Source of the DNA: Octopus vulgaris
Taxonomy: Eukaryota
Direction of reading: 5' to 3'
DNA: 64,000 nt
NCBI GenBank assembly: GCA_951406725.2
Contig: OX597831.1
Span: 23,002,001 to 23,066,000, forward strand
Within the stretch, counting starts at the first letter, position 1. Each line of letters starts with the position of its first letter. Shown piece by piece: positions 11,587-24,129 of the stretch. The notes under the pieces are model-generated. The model made no database searches. It was not told the origin of the DNA and saw only the letters and a program-made list of their open reading frames with translations. The position numbers and the translations under genes were made by a program.

Positions 11587-11974
11587 GGCATAGGAGTGAC
11601 TCTGTGGTAAGTAGCTTGCTTACGAACCACATGGTTCTGGGTTCAATCCCACTGCATGGCACCTTGGGCAAGTGTCTTCTACTATAGCCTCAGGCCGACT
11701 AAAGCCTTATAAGTGGATTTGGTAGACGGAAACTGAAAGAAGCCCATCGTATATATTTGTATATATATATATGTTTGTGTGTCTGTGTTTATCCCCCCAA
11801 CATCGCTTGACAACTGATGCTGGTGTGTTTACGTCCCTGTAACTTAGCAGTTTGGCAAAAGAGGCCAATAGATTAAATACTAGGCTTACAAAGAATAAGT
11901 CTGGGGTCGATGTTCTTGACTAAAGGTGGTGCTCCAGCATGGTCATAGTCAAATGACTGAGACAAGTAAAAGAG
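11587..11974 (+). mobile_element. SINE family A, full length
   Basis: Colinear with the 1632-2010 copy. Confidence 0.9.
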
Positions 11975-12859
11975 TATATATATTTATATATACATATATA
12001 TATATTTACACATACATATATAAATGTGTGTGTGTGTAGGTTTGCATTCCTATTTCTCACACAATATATTCGGTCAAATTGTTTGCACTTGACTGTTGGT
12101 AGTAAATTCATAAATTTAAAAATCAAACCAAAAGCACAATAAAAAAATAAAATAATTAACTAAATAAATAAAGAAAAATACAGGGTTGGGTACAGAAAAT
12201 ACAGTGGAGAAGAAAAGTGAAAATGATTGATTAAGATCTGCAATGGATCTTCTGGGTATGGGAATGGCAAGGAATGGTAACCTATATTTTTACAAGGAAT
12301 TTGATAATTTGATTTTCATTTGAATAAATTTAAAATTCAATTGAATATTGAATTGTATTTTAGAAATATTTTATTTCATTTCAAACACACACACAAAGAA
12401 AAAAAAAAGTAAATAGTTGTTTGAAAAAGTGTAAAAAAGGAAGAAATATGATAGCGAAATTTTATTTTAATATTTAATTTTTTGTTATTATAAAATCTAT
12501 TTTGATCATTAAAATCAAAACGGAGATAATGAAATACGTGTATATGTGTATATAAATGCATGTGTATATAAATGCATGTGTATATAAATGCATAAAAGTG
12601 AACAACACAAATATATGTGCAAACTCAAGCATGCACATGCGCAAATATATACATGTTTATTTACACACATACAAGAAAACAGAGCCTCTTGCATACATTA
12701 CACACTCAGTTGTATGCATACACATTTGTATGCAATCGTACATACACATACATATATATACATAGATGTAAATATGTGCATACAAGCAAATAGACGCACA
12801 CACACTAATGCATATATAGAAAAAGACACAGTCCTATACAACTTTATGTATATATATGT

Positions 12860-13190
<331 letters not shown>

Positions 13191-14225
13191 GAGTGTGTGT
13201 GTATGTAATTATGTAAACATGCACAGTCGTTCATGCAAATATCTATACTGAAAAAAGAGAAAACACAAACATGAGCAACCACAAACATGCATCCTCTAAT
13301 CTACACATACATTCCATGCACACCTGCACACATATACACACTTATACACATGCATACACACACACACATACACACAAACTTATACTCCCACTCATATACA
13401 CACACACTCAAATGCTGACACACCTTCGTTAACACATCCATCAATCCAACCGAGTACATGCATACATATGAACAGCCATGTCTGCTAATCAAAAATAATA
13501 TTAATAAATTTTATATTTTCAAAATGTTTTATTTAGCGAGTCGTTTGAAAATAGATCAAGATAAAATAAAATTATAATGCAACTTTATATTTATTTAATT
13601 ATTTCAATTATATGTTTAATTTTGATAATTTCTTCTAATTTTTCAGTTTTAATTCATTTTGCTGTTTTATTTTTCCCTTTGGCTTTAGAAATTCAGCAAA
13701 ATATTATTACACACACTCACACACACACACATGAATATATATATATATATATATATACATGCATACATATATATATGTATATATGGATATATATATATGT
13801 GAATATACATACATACACATACACACACACATATATACACACATATGCATTTATGTATGCTTGTATGTGTGTATGTATGTATGTATATATATATATGTAT
13901 GTATGTATATATATATATGTGTGTGAGTATGCATGCATATGTACGTCTTTGTATATTATATATATATATGTGATTATATACATATTTATGTATGTATGTA
14001 TGCATGCATGTATATATATATATGTGTATATGTATGTGTGTGTATATATATATATTTACATATGTGTGTTTGTGTGTGTGTGTGTGTGTACACATGCCAG
14101 TATATATGTATTGTTATTGATATTTTCATATTTGTGTGTTTGTGTATGTGATTATGAAGTTCTGTATCATAAATCAAAGATAATGGATTAGAAATGAGGA
14201 AAGAAGATTATTTTTGTCATCATCA

Positions 14226-14400
<175 letters not shown>

Positions 14401-14859
14401 CGTCATTAGTAATTGTTTCGCTAAACAAAAGATAGCAGTTGATGAAAGGAGTATCAAACAGCCTTGATTAATCAGCATTCATGGGTCATTGTAGAAACTT
14501 CGACATGTTGCAGACACAATAAATTCTACTACAAACTTCTGCCCGTCCCCTACCCCACCACCACCACCACCACCACCATTGCCATCATCGCCACCAGCGC
14601 CACCCTCTGCTGGGTACCTGCTGATAGATGAGGTAGCATCGTTAAACATATTTCATAATTTGAAACATCTGATTGACTTTAGGAATGCATAAGGTACACG
14701 TGTATGCATGCACATATACACGAGTAGAGATGCACGCATGCACACACACACACATACACACATACACATCCACACACATACACACACACACACACATACA
14801 CATGCACACTCACCTGCACGCTCTCATATCCCTTCATGTGTACACACACCCATATAAGC

Positions 14860-15130
14860 GCATGGCCCAGTGGTCAATGGGTGTGGCCTAGTGGTTAGGC
14901 TGTTGCACTCACAATCGCTAGTTCATGGGTTCGATTCCCAGACTGGGCAGTGCATTGTGTTCTTAAGCAAGACACTTCATTTCACATTGCTTCAGGCCCC
15001 TTTTAATCTAGGAGTAGAGTTGGCTTGCTTGCAAAGCCAGCAGGGTGGCGCCACTTGATGGCTAAACCAATGCAAAGCGCATTGTGACCAGCGATGCGTA
15101 ACAACATCTATTAGTCTGGATAGTCACATG
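14860..15130 (+). mobile_element. tRNA-derived SINE family D (Deu/Nin-like domain)
   Basis: TGGCCTAGTGGTTAG A-box, GGTTCGATTCC B-box, GTGTTCTTAAGCAAGACACTT. Confidence 0.7.
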
Positions 15131-15185
15131 ATATATGTAAGTGCACACATGTATCTATCTATACCCATATGTGTATATGTTCTTT

Positions 15186-15710
15186 TATTCTTTTATTTGT
15201 TTCAGTCATTTGACTTTGGCCATGCTGAAGCACCACCTTTAGTTGAACAAATCAACCCCAGGACTTATTCTTTGTAAACCTAGTGCTTATTCTATTGGTC
15301 TCTTATGCCAAACAGCTGTGTTATGGGGATGTAAACACACCAACATCTGTTGTTAAGTGATAGTGGGGGGAACAAGCACAAACATATACATATATATATG
15401 TATATATATATATATATATATGGTGGTAAAAACGGTAAGATAACAAAAGAAAGAAAGAGACCTCAATATTATGTAAATAGAGGAAATTTATCTATAAAAT
15501 AATGTTACAATTACTCAATAGTCAAGATAAAACTCTGAGTTTCAAATGCCGAAACAGGTTTCTTTCAGTTTCTACCTACTAAATCTTTTCAGAAGGCTTT
15601 GGCTGGCTCCAGGCTATAGTAGAAAACACTTGCACAAGGTGCCATTCAGTGGGACTGAACCCTGAACCATGTGGTTGGGAAGCAATCTTCTTACCACACA
15701 TCCACTCCTA
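15186..15710 (-). mobile_element. SINE family A with a foreign insert of about 130 bp in its (TA)n linker
   Basis: Tail 15186-15380, insert 15421-15553, head 15555-15710. Confidence 0.75.
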
Positions 15711-15764
15711 TGCATATATGTAAATATACATATACATATTATATATATGTGTGTATATGAATAT

Positions 15765-15940
15765 ATGAGTGGGGTCCTGAAAAGTTCCTGGTTTTGGGTA
15801 AAAGAAAATACCAGAGGATCAGTTAATTATGACTTCATTCAACATATTCCCTTCGCAGATTCAAACACTAATTTCAGGGGTCCTTCAGTTTTACTAAACC
15901 CTGTAAAAGAACTTGGAAGTTTGGGCCCCCAACCATGCCT
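15765..15940 (-). mobile_element. mariner-like terminal fragment
   Basis: TATGAGTGGGGTCCTGAAAAGTTCC resembles the irritans-type TIR also at 7268. Confidence 0.5.
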
Positions 15941-15941
15941 T

Positions 15942-16335
15942 TTATTCTTTTACTTGTTTCGGTGATTTGACTGTGGCCATGCTGGGGCACTGCCTCAAAG
16001 GGTTTTTTTTAATTGAAGAAATCATCCCCAGGATTTATTCTTTATAAGCTTAGTACTTATTCTGTTGGTCCATTTTGCCAAACTGCTAGGTTATGAGGAT
16101 GTACTCCAACATCAGTTGTCAAGCGACGGTGAGATAAACAAACGCAGACACACACATATAAATACACATACACACACATACACAACATGATTCTTTCTGT
16201 TTCCATCCACCTAATCCACTCACAAGGTCAGCTTGAGGCTATAGTAGAAGACACTTATCCAAGGTGCTACACAGTGGGACTGAACCCGGAATCATGTGGT
16301 TGGCAAGCAAGCTTTATACCACACAGCCATGCCTG
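15942..16335 (-). mobile_element. SINE family A
   Basis: Reverse-complement match to family A. Confidence 0.85.
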
Positions 16336-17064
16336 TATATTTGATATATCTAGCTAAAGAGTCTTTATTTGTTTATTTGCATCGTTATCTCTCAGCAACC
16401 CTTATATAACAACCTCTACACACTGGAACAAACTAAACTATATATACAAAAACCAGATAGAAGAAGAAAAATATCAAGAACAGTGAATTGTTGCTGTTGT
16501 TGATGTTTTTATAGCCTGTATATATGTGAGAAAATTTTGCTTATGGTTGTTGGATCCTTGAAACTATATGGCATATCCTGCTTTGGTTGACATTTAAAAG
16601 CATTTATAAAACAACCTCATACAATTTTCACATATATGCACGTACAGTCATATCTAAGACGTTTGTGTTCACTTGGATATGAAAAGATATTCACTACAGC
16701 AATTGTCTTGAGGGAAATATTCCCTTTATAGAGAATATGTATAGAAAACACACCATTGGGCTATGAATGTTGTAACCAGAGCATCTATAATGAAAATTTT
16801 CCCCTTGAGTTAATTTCTGCAGGGTATGCCTCCATGTCAAAGTATACACGAACATGTTGAATGTAATTGTACACACCTATATTTCATTCATTGCTGTTTA
16901 GTGCACCCCCAGTTAATGGGAGATTTTTATACTGGAACAAATACTGCCATAAAGTTTCTGAATAGTCTCCACAAGATACTACATGATCTGACTGAGAAAG
17001 AATATAGACCAATGAGATATGGCTCTTTTGAAGATAATTAAAGTATTTTTTTATTAACCTTGTT

Positions 17065-17468
17065 CAGGAGTGGCTGTGTGGTAAGTAGCTTGTTTACCAA
17101 CCACATGGTTTTGGGTTCAGTCCCATTGCGTGGCATCTTGGGCAAGTGTATTCTGCTATAGCCCCGAGCCGACCAATGCCTTGTGAGTGGATTTGGTAGA
17201 CGGAAACTGAAAGAAGCCTGTCGTATATATGTATATGTATATATATGTATGTGTGTGTTTGTCCCCCTAGCATTGCTTGACAACCGATGCTGGTGTGTTT
17301 ATGTCCCCGTCACTTAGCGGTTCTGCAAAAGAGGCCGATAGAATAAGTACTGGGCTTACAAAAGAATAAGTTCCGGGGTCGAGTTGCTCGATTAAAGGTG
17401 GTGCTCCAGCATGGCCACAGTCAAATGACTGAAACAAGTAAAAGAGAAAAAAATAAAAGAGAAAAGAG
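17065..17468 (+). mobile_element. SINE family A, near full length
   Basis: Colinear with other copies. Confidence 0.9.
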
Positions 17469-17837
17469 TATTTGATATATTTTATATGCTGATAGATCTG
17501 ACTAGCATAACGAAGGATTAAATTTTGATAGATCTGGTTGATATAATGAAAGATTAAAGTTCGTTTGTTTATCTCTTGATTCTTTCCAATATATTTTCTA
17601 CCTGTGACTAATTACAATTTTGATGAATGACTTCACTAGTGCAAGATTTACAATGTATTATTAGTGCAAGATTTACATTGTCTATTATTTTCTTCTGCAA
17701 TTTTTTGGCTAATAAATTTGTTTTCCTATCTTTGTGTCCAGGTATCTAAATAATTAGTCCCTAAAAAAATAACAACAACAACAAGAATAAAGCCAAGGTT
17801 AAAGAACAACAAAATAGGATGTATTCTTTTTCTTTTT

Positions 17838-18058
17838 TTACTCTTTTTACTTGTTTCAGTCATTTGACTGTGGCCATGCTGGAGCACCGCCTTTAGTCGA
17901 GTAACTCGATCCCGGGACTTATTCTTTTGTAAGCCCAGTACTTATTCTATTGGTCTCTTTTGCTGCACCGCTAAGTGTCGGGGACGTAAGCACACCAGCA
18001 TCGGTTGTCAAGCAATGCTAGGGGTCAAACACAAACACACACACACACACACACACAT

Positions 18059-18093
<35 letters not shown>

Positions 18094-18257
18094 CGACAGG
18101 CTTCTTTCAGCTTCCGTCTACCAAATCCACTCACAAGGCTTTGGTCAGCCCGAGGCTATAGTAGAAGACACTTGCCCAAGGTGCCACGCAGTGGGACTGA
18201 ACCCGGAACCCGGAACCATGTGGTTGGTTAGCAAGCTACTTACCACACAGCCACTCC
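17838..18257 (-). mobile_element. SINE family A, near full length
   Basis: Reverse-complement match; inverted partner of 17065-17468. Confidence 0.9.
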
Positions 18258-18286
18258 AATTATCTCAATAATTATTATTTCTTTAT

Positions 18287-18388
18287 CAATAATACATTTC
18301 TGAACGATGTATAAACAGTAACTGGACGAAGTATACTTCACATTGTCGTGCAGTTACTGTTTATACCTCGTTCAGAGATTCATTATTG
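18287..18388. other. hairpin of about 100 nt (pre-miRNA-like or tiny MITE)
   Basis: TCTGAACGATGTATAAACAGTAACTGGACGA pairs with TCGTGCAGTTACTGTTTATACCTCGTTCAGA around a 16-nt loop. Confidence 0.7.
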
Positions 18389-18462
18389 CTTGTTAACACT
18401 TTTTCGAGATCAGTGATGAAAAGTCACTGGAAAAAAGGATATAAGTATTTTTATTTGGGACC

Positions 18463-18560
18463 CCTTCCCATCGAAGACCGGTGATTGTCATGCACTGATG
18501 ATGGGTAAATACCTAGAAACCCGGGTCTGTGCATATTACGTCAGGTCGACGATGGCAAGG
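18463..18560 (+). ncRNA. type-I hammerhead ribozyme, intact core
   Basis: tgca-CTGATGA-TGGGT(aaat)ACCTA-GAAA-CCCGGG-TC-tgtgca; GUC triplet at 18525-18527; extended helix I pairs GACC/GGTC and CCATCG/CGATGG. Confidence 0.8.
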
Positions 18561-18625
18561 ATGGCTTCCCTTTGCAAATACCAATAGGGCACAGAAAGTG
18601 TGCCAATAGCCAACTGGAGAAGATG

Positions 18626-19465
18626 TTCTCCCCATTCAGCAGTTATCTGTTTTGAAAATCACTTTATTGATAGCTGTTAAATATAGTTATAGATAGTCTC
18701 AGTAATTTATGTCAAAACTTGTTTGCCGTCAATTGGACATATTTTGGCAGTTAGCTCTGTCAATAATTCAACCTTTAGCAACTTGCTCAAAAGAGAAAGC
18801 AAAGGAATACAGTAACCATCTTGTATAAAATGCTTCGACCTCTGAATGAGTTACATTCAGATGGGTTACATGCTACAGTTACATCCACCCTTAGTGGTTA
18901 GCCTTATTTAGATGGCAAATATACTTCATATTATTTCTTTATCATTTTCCACTAAATGATGAAAATAATCATCTACTTTTAGAAGCGTATTTTCAATTAT
19001 TTCAATCCAATTTCTTTCTTTTTAATGGAAATATTTCCTGGTAAATATAAAGCCTATTTTTCCATGATATTTCTTTGGCAGAATCTGAAGATGCAATCAT
19101 TCTCCATCACACTACTACAACAAATATTATAAAACCATGATGCAATCGGAAGCTCCAATATATATATATTATCCTTTTGAAAGATCTAAATAGCCCATAC
19201 CAGAATGGGCATTGCCTGAATGTAACCCATCTGAATGTAACTCATTCAGAGGTCAAAGCATTTTATACAAGATGGTTATTGTATTCCTTCGCTTTCTCTT
19301 CTGAGCAAGTTGCTAAAGGTTGAATTATTGACAGAGTTAACTGCCAAAATATGTCCAATTGACGGCAAACAAGTTTTGACATAAATCACTGAGACTATCT
19401 ATAACTATATTTAACAGCTATCAATAAAGTGATTTTCAAAACAAATAACTGCTGAATTGGGAGAA
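18626..19465. repeat. 246-bp inverted repeat with 348-bp spacer
   Basis: 18626-18871 vs 19220-19465, 8 mismatches on manual comparison. Confidence 0.92.
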
Positions 19466-19849
19466 GATAGATGACTTTCCTATAATATAGAAAGTAGCTA
19501 TTAAATGAAGTGTGATGTTTTATATTTTTACTCATAAGAATACAAGAAGAAATATTGCATAAGATCATAAATAAATTAATATAGACAAATATATCAAGAT
19601 GTAGTCAAAATATCTATGAAAAGATAGGTTTCAAAAACATTGCCAACGTAACCGACAATCAAAATCCTCATAAATACAGATACATGTTTAGATAAAAGTA
19701 ATTATGTATAAATATCTAATTTGGGTAAATAATAAAAAAAAAGGATATATGCACTAAATTTTAATATATTGGTTCCTTTCATTGACATGTAGTCCTATAA
19801 AATGCTTTTCATGAAGTACAAATAAATTGTGTGTATAAATGAAAATCAA

Positions 19850-20480
19850 AAATGCTGACGTGGCTGATGACAGTACGCCTGATTGGCACTCGTGGAATGT
19901 TAAAAGCACAACCGAACGTGGAGTGTAACCGGCCCACTTATAAGTACCCCTCATTCATTGGACAATGAACTTTGCTTGCGAAGACTTATTTAGACAAGTG
20001 TAAACAAATAAAATTGCTGACATGGCCAATGACAGTACTGTCTGATTGGCACTCGTGCCAATGGAACATTAAAACCACATCCGAGCGTGATCGCTGCCAG
20101 GACCATGGATTGGCTCCTGTGCCAGTGACACTTGAAAAGCACTATTCGAGCATGATCATTGCCAGTGTTGCCTTACCAGCACATGTGCCAGTGGCACGGG
20201 AAAAACAACATTCAAGTATGGTCATTGCCAGTGCCGTCAGACTGGCTCCTGTGCAGGTAGCAAGTAAAAACACCTTTGAGCATGGTCATTGCTAGAGCTG
20301 CATGACTGGCCCTCGTGCCAGTGGCACATAAAAGCACTCACTCGGAATGGTTGGCATTAGGAAGGGCATCCAGCTGTAGAAATTTTGCCAGATCAGATTG
20401 AGCCCTGTACAGCCTCTGGCTCACCAGTCCTCAGTCAAACTGTCCAACCCATGCCAGCATGGAAAGCCGACGATGAAAGA
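19850..20480 (+). mobile_element. family C element with internal tandem units of about 55 bp and RTE-type tail
   Basis: Repeated GTGCCAGTGGCAC..AAAAGCAC..GAGC.TG.TCATTGCCAG units, then the common tail and (AAT)n. Confidence 0.8.
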
Positions 20481-20501
20481 TGAATAATAATGATAATAAT
20501 A

Positions 20502-20565
<64 letters not shown>

Positions 20566-20689
20566 TTATTGAGGAATGAATAAGTGTCTCCACAACTTGT
20601 AGTGGTTTTGGGCAAGTCTAGGGCATTCGTTTGTGATTTGGCACAGCAGAGACACTTAATTGTCAAATTTCTGTACAAAATTCAACTCA

Positions 20690-21900
20690 TCAATCACGCT
20701 TGGATGTGCTGAGTTGAATTTTTCTAGTGTTCTGGTCATGTATTTGTTGTAAGTAAATTGTCATTCATTTTCTTGGTGACATGCTTCTTTGGGCAGTATA
20801 ATTTTTGTTACCCCAACAGTGTGCTAGGACATATATAAAGGTTTCTGAAAAGCAAGCATGTGGAGGTAATTTGTAATGTTAAAAATTTATCCATTTTTTA
20901 AGTGAAACTGGGAGCCTTCAAATATATCAATACAAATTTCACAGTTTGCTTTGCCACTATCTTTAACTGAGAATTTCTAATAAGCTGAGAACCTGTTAAA
21001 AGTTACTTAAATCAAAATGACTTAAGTTTTTGCATCTAATTATATTTTACTTTTCTAAGATTCTCCTAATGTTGGAATCAAATTTGAAGAGTGGTAATTT
21101 TTTATTAATTAGATTAAAGGCCTAATTGTTTAAAGAGAGTTATAACATGAAATGTACAGCAGAACATTTGTCTCCATTTTGGTTCTAACAATACTTAATT
21201 CACTGATAACAATCTTCTCTGCTCTTTTGATTGCCTTGTTAACCAATGATGGTAGATAACATCATCCAATCAGAATATCTCACAGTGCATTTTGTCTTTT
21301 CTTTCAGATGATAAGATTTAATAGAATGGTGCATATTCTTCCAGTGAGATTATGTACGATATTGACTCTAGTATGTTTTAGATGGCAAAAAGGAAAAGTA
21401 AATATTGTCTTTAGTCTATTGTCTTGAGTCACAATTCTGTTCTGTTTTTGTTTTGTAAATAACATCGCCAAAAGAGATAATTTATCTTTGCTGCATTCCA
21501 TAGTAAACTGAATGTTTGTTAATACTAAATGTATGAGAGTCTTAAATTCAGAGCGACTGACCAAACCTACTTCCAGTAAGATAAATCAATATTTTCCAAT
21601 TTCCAACTAAGTAATTATAACAATGATTTCCATATTTGAGCTTGGATTTTTCGTTTATTTTTATTTCAAGATAATCCATTACTAAATATACATATGTTGG
21701 GGCTACCTTGATTCCCATTGCCATTCTTAACATTTGTTTACATATTACTTGGTCAAAATGTTTTTAAAAATTGTGGAATAACTCAAAGATCCTAACAAAT
21801 AAATTTTTTTGTCAGTGATCTGGGACATTTATTAAGGCAATTTAAGGCAAGGATGTATTGCTTCTATTCCATTATATTAGTGTTTTTCAATAGAACTTAA
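20690..21900 (-). mobile_element. Penelope-like element (Neptune-type) RT plus GIY-YIG relic
   Basis: MAMGIKVAPTYVYLVMDYLE, IQFTME, HLKHTRVNIVHNLTGRICTI, Cys linker KANCEIC, FIYVLAHCWGNKNYTAQ..QQIHD; frameshifts and stops. Confidence 0.8.
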
Positions 21901-22054
21901 GCATACCTCTGAAGATTTCCTGAAGAAGTGTTCTAACCCAGAACTATTGAATTAAAAGGTAAAAGTACAAACCATCGATTTGTATTATTTCTTATAGCTT
22001 GCATTTTCGCTTTATGAAAAAAGCAATTAATAACATATATAAAGAATGGCAACT

Positions 22055-22123
<69 letters not shown>

Positions 22124-22758
22124 AATGGGAATATGGAAAATGATTTACCCAACAAACAATAAGAACATTAAGTTTCAGAGTTCACATATGAACCTGGCCT
22201 AACCAAATTACCTTAGCTACTACAGTAATAACTCACTTATAAATTAAACCCTTCCAAAGAGGGAGAGAAAATTAGTGAGAAAGAGTGAGAGAGAGAAAAA
22301 AAATGGGAAAGAGAAAGAGAATACCTGTTTTAAATTTATTATCTACTGTCCGTCTTCTCAGCTCTATACCCTCTCTGTCAATCAATATTTCAAATTATTT
22401 TATTTACTCTTTAAATATTTCCAATAAAGTTTCTACACGCTACTTTTATAAGTGAAAAGAAAAATACAATTTAGTACCTTTCAGATAATTTTATAGCCAA
22501 TAATAACCAAAAAGTATTATTATTTAGTTATTTCAGAAATTGATGTAAATTATGAATATTGGAAAATTTCAATTGATCTGTTGATCTTTCGGTTTTTAAA
22601 TTTTATTTTTCTTGTATATATTTTATACATATGATATTTTTTTTTAGTTTTGGTGGAATTATGCCAGCAATTTTCTTGTTTTATTTCATTTTAATATTCT
22701 TGTCTTCTAGAAAATGATTTTGGGTTTCTGAGATTGAAAAATTATGTATGTGTGTGTT

Positions 22759-22894
<136 letters not shown>

Positions 22895-23184
22895 GTGTGT
22901 GTATATAAGTGTATATTTGCACATACATCATATATTCACATTTTTATAACTAGATATATATTTGTATTAATGTATACTCAGGTGGGTTTGTTTGAACAGG
23001 GCTTACAGATACAAAATAGAGTACCTGAGGTAGTAGTGTATATTATTTATTAGTTGTGTTTCAATCATATTTTCAATCGTATTCTTTTTCTGCATGCTAA
23101 GTGAATCTCATTACAATTTTTGTATTGCAACAAAAGTTATGATGTACACACACCCATACACATGTACAATTATATATATATATT

Positions 23185-23480
23185 TTGCCCTTTTCAAACT
23201 TAACCAGGCTCATGGGCCCGGCTTTCTGGTTTCTGTGGTATATGTGTTCCCCCCAGCTGGACAGGATGCCAGTCCATCACAGCGTTACCCAAGAAACAGG
23301 AAGAGAGAGTGAGAGAAAGTTGGGGCCAAGGAGTACAACAGGGGTTGCCACCACCTGTCAGAGCCTCGTGGAGTTTTAGGCGTTTTCGCTCATTAAACAC
23401 ACACAACGCCTGGTCTGGGAATCGAAACTGTGATCCTCCGACCGTGAGCCCGCTGCCCTAACAACTGGGCCATTGCGCCT

Positions 23481-23483
<3 letters not shown>
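23185..23483 (-). mobile_element. tRNA-derived SINE (family D-related)
   Basis: Reverse strand GGAGGCGCAATGGCCCAGTTGTTAGG..GTTTCGATTCCCAGACC; 3' part shared with 63265-63500. Confidence 0.75.
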
Positions 23484-23514
<31 letters not shown>

Positions 23515-23515
<1 letters not shown>

Positions 23516-24040
23516 GATTGGGTGATGAAAGTTACAAAGAGAGTCATAAGCCAACTAATTATGGATAAAATTAGCTTAGATGAGATGTAGTTTGGTTTTG
23601 TGGGTGCCAGAGAGAAGCACCACTGATGTTATATTTCTGGTAAGGCAGCTGCAGGAGAAATACATAGCCAAAGATAAACCTCTGTACTTGGCCTTTGTTG
23701 ACTTTGAGAAAGCCATTGACAAGGTCCCCCGATTCCTTATCTGGTAGTCACTGCAGAAACTAGAGATAGATGAGTGGTTGGTGAGAGCTGTACAAGCAAT
23801 GTACAGGGATGCTACCAGTGAGGTGAGGGCTGGCAGTGAGTACAGCGAAGAATTTGGGGTACAAGTAGGGGTTCATCAAAAATCGGCACTCAGACCCCTC
23901 TTGTTCATCATAGTCCTCCAGGTAATAACAGAGGAATTTAAGACAGGCTACCTCTGGGAGCTCCTCTATGTTAATGACTTTGCTTTTATTGTTGAATCAC
24001 AGAACTAGAGAAGTTCCAGGTGTGGAAGCAAGGTCTAGGT
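23515..24040 (+). mobile_element. RTE/BovB-clade reverse transcriptase fragment
   Basis: STTDVIFLVRQLQEKY..LYLAFVDFEKAIDKVPR..VGVHQKSALRPLLF..ELLYVND (degenerate YADD). Confidence 0.85.
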
Positions 24041-24129
24041 GGCAGAGTTACCTCTAAGGCCTTGTGGAAAGAAGTAAGGAGGCATCACATGTCCTTCATT
24101 GCTGACAACCACTAAAACCATGACAGTTG

